A stretch of 64,000 nt of DNA from Oopsacas minuta. Taxonomy: Eukaryota > Animalia > Porifera. The notes under the pieces were generated by a model. That model had not been told where the DNA came from. It worked only from the letters and a program-made list of their open reading frames with translations, and did no database searches. The stretch spans positions 1,035,095-1,099,094 of the forward strand of contig JAKMXF010000343.1 of assembly GCA_024704765.1 (NCBI GenBank), in the 5' to 3' direction. A program made the position numbers and the translations under genes. Below are positions 11,528 through 21,561 of the stretch, in pieces. The stretch's first letter is position 1; each line of letters begins with the position of its first letter.

Positions 11528-13996
11528 TTAAAGTACGTAGCTACGATTAAATACGATATCATGTGTATACTCAGAAAATATATTTAATGATGGTAAAGTT
11601 TCTTTATAACACAAGGCTGAAAGCTCTTTAGATAGTAGCCATGCCATGAAAAAGCTTGGGCGATAAACATGTTCTTTCTTATCAAATATCTGTTTTAATG
11701 TGCCATTCTGACAGACATAAATCATTTGATTACAAAGTAAAGTTTCAGCCGAAGGAATAAACGATCTATATACGTCAAATTTGTTGGGAGTACAGGAGTA
11801 GGAAAATTTTATCTTAGATAGCTCATTTTTTGCAAATTCTAGATATTTTAGAATATTTCTATAATTCTTGGAGATCTCAGAGTTTTCCATGCCTGGGTAG
11901 TGGGTTTCCAAAGAATTAAAGCAATCCAAAATTTTAGATATTACTCTGACAACTTTGACAAGTAGAACAAGTTTCTTCAAAGTAAAACGAATATATGATT
12001 TTTGAGAAAAAAAGTCTATATTGGCAATTGATTGAGAAAAGGAAGGATATTTTAGAAAACAAATCGTATTTAATATATATTGAGAATGTAAAATTGTTCT
12101 GTGTATCTCCACATGTGGATCAGAATCAGAATGATTACATTGAGGCGATATCAATGAAGATAGCGTTTTTTCTTGAGGAATGTATTGTTGAATTTCGCTT
12201 GAAATTAATTCATTACCTTTATGGGAATATCGAAGTCGTGATTTAGCTTTTAGATCTTCATTTTCAATTATAGCAGGGCTGAATATCTCTGATTCAACAG
12301 TAATAAGAGAAGCACGTATTGAAGGGTTAATGTCTCCTGAGGATGGTAAAGAAGTACCTAGTGGTTGAAATGGGCACTCTAGATATTGAAGAGGTGGAAT
12401 ATTAATAGGTAGTCTTGAATGATTATCAACTTCGATATTAAAGCTATCAATGAACATTGTAGAGATGGAACAGGAAGTAATTGGTAAATCCACTATATTT
12501 TGACAATTACTAGAGCGATCACTGGGTAAAATTAAATGAGTATGTTGCGAACTATTGTTAGAAATAGGTGAAGATATATTTTTAACAATATTCATATCGT
12601 AAACTTCATCTAGAGCATATCTGGGAGAAATATTTCCAATAGTATCGAAATCATGAATAATTCTGATTTTGGGTCTACAATCGTGATCCTTTTCAATGAT
12701 CTCAGCATTTAGAGGGACAAGGCTTGAGAATGGAACCTCAGCAATAGAAGATTGAGAGATGAATGACTTTTCAGGTGGATCACTTGTGGTTGGTAATGAG
12801 GAGATTAATCTATTTTCAGACTTCAGCAAAATATTTGTATTACGGGTAGGAACAAAAACATACCCAGACCGAGTTGGCGAAATTTCTAATGAGGGTTTGA
12901 ATTTGTGAGAGGAATGATTAATAGAAAAATTCGATAGGGGATCAATAGAATTATGAGACAAACAATGTACACGAGTTCCGGGTGCGGCAAACATGTAATT
13001 ATTATCATATAAATTATTGTTTTGTGGAAAAGAAAAGTCATTCGAGATTGGATCATGCGGTGAAAGAATACTTCGAGTATTATCATTACAGCAGGGATAG
13101 GTATTTTGTATAATTGGTTCAATATTAGTAAAATATTGTATTACCTGAAAAAATGGGTGAGTACAAAAATCATCATGTCCTAAACGAACTTGAAAATCTT
13201 TTTTTAATAAGCCCAAAAGCAAACTATTTAGATCAGGAGAAGCTTGAATTGGCAATTTTGGTTGCAGTTTGTGTTCGGTTTCATACCTTTTCCTCAAGAG
13301 TTGAGGAGTTTTGGCGATAAAAGGTGCCGAACCAGTAAAGCATTGATATATAATAGTACCTATACTCCACATGTCAACTTTTGAATCATAATTATAACCC
13401 AAAAGTACCTCTGGAGCCATATAAAGAGGTGACCCACATAAAGTAGTAGCCATGGTGCTATCAGCAAGGACTCTAGCAAAACCAAAATCCCCAATCTTTG
13501 CAAAGAAGTGACAAGATTCAATGATAGAAAATGGAAAATTTGGTACAATTGACAAATCCAAACATGAATAATTAGAGTGGAGGAGGATGTTTTGAGGCTT
13601 CAGATCACGATGGATAATTTGATGACTGTGTAAGAATGCAATGGCCAGCCCTATTTGTTTAAATATAATTCGGATATATTCTTCGGAAATTTTGTTGTAT
13701 TTATGGAGAAAATCGTTCAAATCCCCCATATTGCAAAATTCAAGGACCAAATAAATATCAGACGTCGTTTCCTCAAAATCAAGCATTCTGACAATATTCT
13801 CGTGTTTCAAACCGCTAAGAATGGATATTTCTTTACGTTCTTTGCTCATTAAAGGGGAAAATGAATCCTTACGTATCTTTTTTATAGCCACAGGATCATC
13901 AACAAAACCTTTTCTAATTCCTTTGTAAACAATTGCGAATGCGCCATGACCTAATAGATCTGAATATGAGAATACATAGTTACCAACAGAATGCAT
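11528..13996 (-). CDS. ULK1/2: Serine/threonine kinase ULK1/2 (Atg1/unc-51), single exon, ~822 aa
   Basis: Uninterrupted ORF. N-terminal kinase MHSVGNYVFSYSDLLGHGAFAIVYKG, VAIK, HRDLKPQNILL, DFGFAR, ATTLCGSPLYMAPEV; S/P-rich linker; C-terminal PSAETLL...KQIFD resembling the ULK/Atg1 MIT-like region. ATG at 13996 lines up with the ULK N-terminus. Confidence 0.93.
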   Translation of the reverse strand: MHSVGNYVFSYSDLLGHGAFAIVYKGIRKGFVDDPVAIKKIRKDSFSPLMSKERKEISILSGLKHENIVRMLDFEETTSDIYLVLEFCNMGDLNDFLHKYNKISEEYIRIIFKQIGLAIAFLHSHQIIHRDLKPQNILLHSNYSCLDLSIVPNFPFSIIESCHFFAKIGDFGFARVLADSTMATTLCGSPLYMAPEVLLGYNYDSKVDMWSIGTIIYQCFTGSAPFIAKTPQLLRKRYETEHKLQPKLPIQASPDLNSLLLGLLKKDFQVRLGHDDFCTHPFFQVIQYFTNIEPIIQNTYPCCNDNTRSILSPHDPISNDFSFPQNNNLYDNNYMFAAPGTRVHCLSHNSIDPLSNFSINHSSHKFKPSLEISPTRSGYVFVPTRNTNILLKSENRLISSLPTTSDPPEKSFISQSSIAEVPFSSLVPLNAEIIEKDHDCRPKIRIIHDFDTIGNISPRYALDEVYDMNIVKNISSPISNNSSQHTHLILPSDRSSNCQNIVDLPITSCSISTMFIDSFNIEVDNHSRLPINIPPLQYLECPFQPLGTSLPSSGDINPSIRASLITVESEIFSPAIIENEDLKAKSRLRYSHKGNELISSEIQQYIPQEKTLSSLISPQCNHSDSDPHVEIHRTILHSQYILNTICFLKYPSFSQSIANIDFFSQKSYIRFTLKKLVLLVKVVRVISKILDCFNSLETHYPGMENSEISKNYRNILKYLEFAKNELSKIKFSYSCTPNKFDVYRSFIPSAETLLCNQMIYVCQNGTLKQIFDKKEHVYRPSFFMAWLLSKELSALCYKETLPSLNIFSEYTHDIVFNRSYVL

Positions 13997-14128
13997 AAAT
14001 AGGCTATGAGAAAAATAGAAACATAAAACATCGTTCGTGAATAAACAATTGAAAGTAAAACTGTAGAATCTGGCACTCCCCAAATTTTTCACGATGGTAA
14101 AATCACTATATGGAGAGTTACCCAACTT

Positions 14129-14235
14129 GGTAAAACTATAGTAATGTACAGAAAGGTGAATCCTTTTACATTGACGCTAGGGCGTATTTTAGAGTCTAGA
14201 GCCCGTGAAATAATGAGCAGAAAAATGGGACAAAA
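14129..14235 (+). mobile_element. Solo Merlin-family terminal repeat fragment
   Basis: GGTAAAACTATAGTAATGTACAGAAAGGTGAATCC...CTAGAGCCCGTGAAATAATGAGCAG aligns with the Merlin TIR starting at 21562. Confidence 0.8.
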
Positions 14236-16189
14236 TTATACAATTTAAAGAGATATTTAAAAGTACCTGGCGCATGTGTACTAGTACCGGTGTATTCGCA
14301 ACTAACTCGGTTATTTCTACTGTGGTTGTCGGGTGGTAACATTGATATTTGAATAATTATATTTCAAGGAGCATTTCAATTAAGTCATTAAGTAATTAAA
14401 ATTAAAACAAGACTTCATGAATTCAATCAGTCATTCCAAAAGATTCCAGTTGTTACCATGTAGTAGTGTTACTCAAATTGTAGGTCGCGGAAGAATTTCT
14501 AAGGTTTGGTGAGATACAATTCATCTTTGAAAGTACACCTGGATGTTTACTCAAATTTATTATCAATTTCAGATTCAAGTATACTCTTCATTCCTCGTAT
14601 TTAAAAGCGAACAAATATACTTGTTTATCTCATTTCAAAGGATACGGCTTGAGTCTATGTATTTCACCTATGTTGTAATTAGAAATTACCCGAATTCTTG
14701 ATTGACATGTAGTTTTTGTATAAATACTTTCACAGTATCATCATGAATATAATAGAATTACATTCAAACCTAAATTTCCAAACAGTCAAAGTTATGGCAA
14801 CAGAAGCCAAAAAAGGGAATATTTGGAAAGCTATATTGATTATGGGTTTCCTGTGGTTCGAAATTCAGGAATTGAAAGCTCCGATGTGTTATATGTTGTC
14901 AGATGCTATCAGGAGAATTGGTACTACTATAGAATCTGGGACCCCCAACTTTTTAATGTGGTCAAAAATCCATATATGGAGCGTTAAAGAACACGTTGAG
15001 AGAAGCTGATGGAGCTTTAGAACTCAAAAATCGGATGAAAACTGACGAGCTTACGAAAAATCTCCTAAATAAACCAAATACTATGGAAAAAATTGTAATA
15101 GACACTATACTGAAATAATACTGATGAATTCTAGACAAACTACAATAGGAATGCACATATAATCAATCTTGCGGTTAGATCAACGCTTTCGCCAGTAGAT
15201 TGATTCTTTTATGAATATGTTAGTTTGCGTAATTTGTAGTTATTACAAGTAAGAACATATATATGTAAAAGAGATAATTTATATATAGCTCAATTATACT
15301 ATAGTTCAACTGCACTATCTATAGTACATTCCTATTTTCTGTACTATACTACAGTACAGTTTTGTTAGTGAATATTTGAATTGATAAAAGATACATAAGT
15401 TATTTGATATAATAACAAGTACAAATAAACTAAACAAATAAACACATATATAAATTCGTATTACTGTCATGCTATAGCACAAGCATATACAACCTTTTCG
15501 AGAAGTGGGCATAATACGGTATTCAAACTATGTTGTGGGCGGGTGTTAATTTTATTCACAGTAATAACTATATATTTATCAGCATGTTTTAGCATATAGT
15601 GTCGCTTAATGTTGTGTTCCTTGATTATAGCTACTGATTGAGAACAAATAAAACAAATGGGCCTGTCTTCTTGAAAATTAAAAAATATTCTTCAGTCCAT
15701 TTATCATTGAATGCATGACATTCAAAGTCAATTTTTCTTCGCTTAGCAGTCATATCAGTCATGTATTATGGGTATTCAGGAAATTGATTAAATATCCAAA
15801 ATATCTAATATAGAAATTGAAAATATCAATTATGGGTTAATAAAATAAGGATATGGGCGATTATATATTCGATAAGTTTTGCCCTATGCGGGCAGGGTGA
15901 AATGTCTTTGCGGGCCGGGGGTAGTACATACCTGCTATAGCATATAGTTAAAAATGAGTAGCGCATGTGCTGCATTAATATATAATTGGAATTTTGGATA
16001 AAAGTAGACTCTCAAATCACATCCTATTATAGTGTAATTAAATTCGCAGGTACTGATATTTATTTTTGAGTTTTGTTACTTATTTCTACTTCCTTTATTA
16101 CCAAAATCCCTAAATATGATTCTCAATTAACTTTATATTTTACTCAATGAGTGTTTCCTCTTGAATTCCCATTCTGTACCCTTGATTAG

Positions 16190-17900
16190 CTAAAATGCCA
16201 AAGATCCCAAATTGACAAAGACTAATGCTATAATAGTACTGACAGACATATTGTCTGAGTTTCGTTCAGTTACAGGTGAATATGCCGGAGCTGTATTTTC
16301 ATGGCATGGAAAGCTTGGCTCTTTGGGTCCAGAAAAATTTCAAACCTATATCACTGGGAATAGCGATGAAATATCAAGAACTCTGCTGACTAACCAAATA
16401 TCTACAAGTACGTCAGCGTCATCAAAGCCTGTGCGTGTTCACGAAATCCTCAAGCTATTAGATGGAGATATATGTAGCTATAATGTACAGGGACAGCGAA
16501 GACTTGTTTCTGCGATTATAAAAGTGTCAACTGGTAAGTCAACAGTGTGAATATATATAATAATATGAGTCACTGATTCTATATCTCTGTATTTTAAGGA
16601 AGGTATGTTTTTGGAATGATCCTTCTCTCAAACCACCTTTTTGACCCAAAAGAGTCCCTTTCGAAAACATAAAAAGCGCATGTAAGATTCATCTGCCTAT
16701 GATAATAGAGTCATATAAGGATTACTCTATGTAAGCGAAAGTTTCAGTTTCCCCTCAATCTCAGAATTCTCCAAGCTCTTCTCAAGCATCGCGACATGAT
16801 ATCTACCGTGACCGATCTAGATCTCCTCTTGATTTCGCTAAAGATGTAATATACCAAGAATCTGATGTAGATACTAGTGATGATTCCTTCGATAAGCTTT
16901 TTCAGCAACCGGTTATCGCTTCGAAAAAACCTATTTCAGATCCTCAAACACCTACTCCAACATCCAGTCTGGTGACATTACTCGGAGTTAAGCCACTGGA
17001 TCCTATTCAAATAATCACTCCTCCCATTAGTTTTAATGAGAAAAACTTGTCAATTTCAGAATTGTAAGTCGTAATACTTTTCTAACAGGCACCATCATTA
17101 ATGCATTCTGTGTAAGTTTATCATATATTGAAATTCAATTCATTTTGTAGCAAATTTCCTCGTACCATAAATGTATTTGTAGACATTACTGAAGAAGAAT
17201 TTCCCCATTTACAGGGACTTCAGGATACTATTCTCTCCGAAGTGAGTTTCCGGTTTAAATTTTTGAATTGTAATCAATATTTGATATTCAATTAATTCTT
17301 AGAATCGTCAATTCGTGAAAGCTCCTCGTCCTAGTATACAGCTGCATCACGATGGCGCACTTCACTGGGTTTGCTCCAGTAATTGATGTTGAAGGGCATG
17401 TAACTTTATATGATTCGCTATCTACTGGGAGAATATCTGGTGAATTAGCTGTGCAATTGGCCTTTCTATATGGGAATGATGCTGATCACGAGCTGAAAGT
17501 CGGCCTTGATCATATTCAGCACAAAGAGGTGGGCGGATTGTGGTTTATTTGCAGCTGCAGTCTGTTTGACAATAGCAGCGAGAGGCGACCCAACCCAAGT
17601 GTACTGGAAACAGTCAAGAATGAGATCCCACCTAACTGATTGTTTCAACAGCGAAATTTCAACCCCTTTCCTAAGATAGAAAGCATAGTATTACGATCTC
17701 GCCTGACTACAAATCTAGGGACAGATTTAAAGATAAAGTTATGGTGTTTGTGTCATCTACCCAGTTGCGCCTCAAAAAATATGATTGAATGTCCCAAATG
17801 TCTTAAATGGTTCCACAAACCATGTGTAGGACTTGAAGATATTGACAAAGACATCGATAACTTTTATTGTCACAATTGTCGTGAGTCTCCTAACATATAA
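16190..17900 (+). pseudogene. Spliced Ulp1/SENP-like (C48) peptidase + C-terminal PHD-finger gene; candidate accessory gene of the KDZ element
   Basis: GT-AG introns at 16534-16598, 17064-17150, 17242-17302. Exons give FPHLQGLQDTILS, IQLHHDGALHWV, LYDSL, IQHK..DCGLFA (His/Asp/Gln/Cys catalytic order), QSRMRSHLTDCF..FNPFP, then WCLCHLP...MIECPKCLKWFHKPCVGL...YCHNC. Frameshifted. Confidence 0.8.
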
Positions 17901-17907
17901 ACTATTT

Positions 17908-20900
17908 TCATATATTATTATTTTGTGATAGAATATGTAGATTCAAACAAGCTAGAAAATATCTTGTAGTGAAGAATACATTATCTATACGCATGTATGC
18001 GATTTGTGTTGTTATCCTTCTTAATAATGAAAACAACTGATATCAAATTTGTGAGTTTAGTTTTTTCATCTCGTTAGTCTGAATTGATCTCAAAGAATTA
18101 GAGGGATTGCACTTATGATTTGTAGAATGGAATCGATCAATCAGAAATGTTGTCTTACAAAATACTTTGGGGTCCCTATATAAAGATCACAAATTTGTTT
18201 CTATATGAAATCTCGACTATTTATCATTTATACCCAATTTTTTATGTGCACTTACCTTTCATACATGTTTTGTGTAAGTTACAAGCATTATCGTAGATGA
18301 TCACTTTTGGCTGTTCTCTGAATATAGTCATTAACAAATTATAAATTACAACTGCAGATTCGTGTTTTCTGAGGATTTGGAAACCATAACAAATCCTGTG
18401 TTCACAAGCGATTGCTACTATTTAGGGGAAACCTTTTGTGTGTGTTGGCAACTTTTTGAGACACGGTTCAGCTGACTCAACTTCTAGATTTTCATATACT
18501 GGTAGCCTGTAGAAGTATAGTAGAATGGTAAATATAAAAAGGTTGAATAGCATTTAGTATTTTCAATATAAACACAAATACAAGTTTGAACTTACATGTA
18601 GTTTGTTGTAAATGCTGGGAAATAATTTGAATATTTTTCGCTTTGTGGAGAATATTCAACTAATTTTCTTGACGCTCTACTAAATAAACTCTCTATTTGT
18701 GTCAGGATTCTTTTCAACAGCGGGAAAACATTGGGATGTAAAGTGACAAACCCTGTGCATGTGATATTTTTATTGGATTTGATAGAATTGAATAAGATAT
18801 CCAATGTATACATCTTCAGATATAGTAAATTTAATGAATCTTCACCTGCTGATTTTCCATTGGCAAGAAGAGGTATTGCTTTTCGTTCATTCGGTTCCAG
18901 CAGAGAGAATTGGAATACTCCTGATATTGGATCTGTATGGCAAAGGAGTTTTATGACTTTCTTAACGTGTGTATATTCTTTACTTATCGTCACTAAATTT
19001 CCGTCCTAACGGAACTAAATAAAATATAATCAGCCATTTCTTTATGAATAGACTTCAATAGGTCTTTTAGTGTATTTTATGTCAAACCTTCAGAACAGTA
19101 TTTGAGGAGTTGCTTCCTAATTGCTGTATCGTGGATAAAACACGATCTGAAAATGGGATCATAGGGTATTGCTGATCCTGATCGAATTCTCCATCCACTT
19201 TTGGTACCGATTTCATTGTTCCCATCGCTATGCCATCTAAGTTATTACATCGGGATGATCTTGACCCTTTGGACATGTGTAGTTTGAGTCATAATCTATG
19301 TCTACTGTTCTTAGATAGGCGTTCCATGCCTGATAGACAATGTGAGAATGTAATGTATTCGTTCTACCCATTCTGATGAGCTTCCTGTTCTTGGCACTAA
19401 AGAGCAAAACGAAGAATTAGATTGTGAGTATATACAAGGTGACAATTAAGTTCTGTACACGAATATACTCTGGTTTTTCCTAAACTAGTTATTCTTTCAA
19501 TCCAAATTTCACTGACGGTTAAAGTATATTATAATAAATCTTCCTATCCAATTCTATTCTATACAACCGCCTTTTGCCTTTACCACAGCTTAAGTCTTCC
19601 TTGAAACTGTTGGACAGATTACGGTGTTCTTCTTGCGGAATTTTCTCCTATTCTGTAATCAAAGCCTTCCGCAGAGATTCCAAATACCCATGCGGAGTAG
19701 CGCAGGCTCTGCTCTGTTAAGTCCCCCAAATGGAATAGTCATGTGGATTCAAATCCGGACTTGAAGGAGGCCATTCTTCCTTGGACAAAAAGTCAATATT
19801 TTCCCCTAAAAGCCAGGATTGAGTTGTTTTCGAAGCATGCGCTGGCGCAGAGTCCTGCTGGGATATCCAGGGTGTGTTTTTGAACAAGGATGAACCAGCA
19901 GATTTGATTACAAGCTCAAGAATCTCTATATGTTTGCGAGTTAATTTTGACCCCTTGTGGGCACAAAAATCAATTTTGTCCGAGAATCTGCGGACACTCC
20001 AGCCCAGACCATCACAGAAAGCGGTCTTTCCACTCGATCGATGAATTTAATGCTCTCAGGGATGTCTTTGCATGACGACGCAATAATTCTATCATTTTGA
20101 CGGTTAGTTGCTTCTTCTACCGTGAAAATCTTTTCGTCCGAAAACAATATCTATTCATAATCTTCATTTTCGAGGCGCCGCAGAAGCCTTTTGCACCTTT
20201 CAAGTCTTTTTACCCGAAGAGTGGGAGTGAGATGATGAACTGTTTGCTGTTTGAGTGATTTAAGTCCCAGGTCCCCATGTATCACCTTTCGCAATGTTTC
20301 GTGATTAACAGAGTACTCCCTTGCCACCTTCCGGATGACCGCCTAGGATTTCGGCGGATTTCCTGCGGAGTTTCCCTTAGTGCTCTCGTATGAACTGTAG
20401 TCGGTCAGCCAGAACGAGGCTTGTCTTCCACACTTTTGGCATCGTTATATCGTTTAATAGTACGATAAATGAATAAAATGCTGATCTTTTCATTTTTCCG
20501 ATTTTTCAAAATCTTGCTCTATATATTGGAAATGCAATCAGGTCTATAATTGTTAATAATTCTATTGGAATTTATAGAAGGTTTAGGAGTAGGCTCATTT
20601 TAATACCGGACTACCATACTATAGTATAGTTGGTACAGTAAAAACATATCTTGTAATTCCTGTATAATTGTAATGGCTCGTTTTCAACGGCTAAATACGT
20701 GGAAATCCGACCATACTAAAATAAATTGCATACCCAGAAGCAATGTGGTTAAAGTAAAACGTCACAAAACGCCCCAACGAATAGTTCATTGATCATAATT
20801 ATACAGCTTGGTAATCTTTGAATTCATTGATACGTGTATCATATTCTAAATAGATAATTATTCCAACTTTCCCTAGTTTAAGCTTCTCTTCTTCATTGAA

Positions 20901-21540
20901 TTTGAATCAATGTCACATAATTCCTTTTGGGATACATATTTAAAGGTAAATTGATGCCATTGTAGAACTGGTGGTTGTAAATTGCTATTTGGCTTTCATC
21001 TAGATTGAATGGTATGGGTCATGTTGATATGGTGTTATTCAATCTTATCTGTGTATTTTGATCCGGTCTTTTCGAGATTATAATGGAGTCTAAAGTTTTG
21101 ATTGCACTTTGAAGAACAACAACAACAACAACACGGTCTTTCACTAGCCTGTGAACATTTCTCTCTAATTCTCCGTGAGCTGAACGTATTAACAAAGATT
21201 TAGAACGGGTCCTTTGTGGAATACGAAATTTAAGATTAGAAACAACAAACCAATTCGCAGGAGGGTCGGAATAATTTAAAACCCATATATGGCCATACAT
21301 GCCATAGGTACCAACATCGATTTGCGGAATACCCTTTTCTACCAGTTTTAGCTCAATTTACCACCAAAAAATGAATTGTCTGGCTATTTTATGACATCAA
21401 TAATAGTAAAAGACAATAGATTCTTAGCATCCCCTGAGCAATATCCCCACAGCTGCACACAATTAGCTAATGAATATATCTATGTTGATGAAAATAACTG
21501 TGATTTGTGTCTGGAAAAACTCACGGATTTGGGTGCATGA
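17908..21540 (-). mobile_element. KDZ (Kyakuja-Dileera-Zisupton group) CxC-type transposase gene, spliced, decayed, interrupted by a maT
   Basis: QAWNAYL...YTCPKGQDHPDVI.LDGIAMG; IACEHRICYGFQIL...PKVIIYDNACNLHKTCMK / RDPKVFCKTTFLIDRFHSTNHKC...AYMRIDNVFFTTRYFL. GT-AG introns at 18176-18255 and 18507-18595; stop at 17908-17910. 5' limit uncertain. Confidence 0.8.
19435..20616 (-). mobile_element. Tc1/mariner maT (DD37D) element inserted in the KDZ gene
   Basis: FSDEKIFTVEE, SVMVWAGVS, QQDSAPAH...WPPSSPDLNPHDYS (37 spacing). TA on both sides, and removing it with one TA re-joins the KDZ reading frame. The two ends are not good inverted repeats. Confidence 0.88.
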
Positions 21541-21561
21541 CTGCATGTATCATGTATACTT

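Noticed and set aside
13997-14125. 43-aa N-terminal extension of the kinase ORF
   Set aside because: It starts at TTG and shows no ULK similarity; the ATG at 13996 matches the normal ULK N-terminus.
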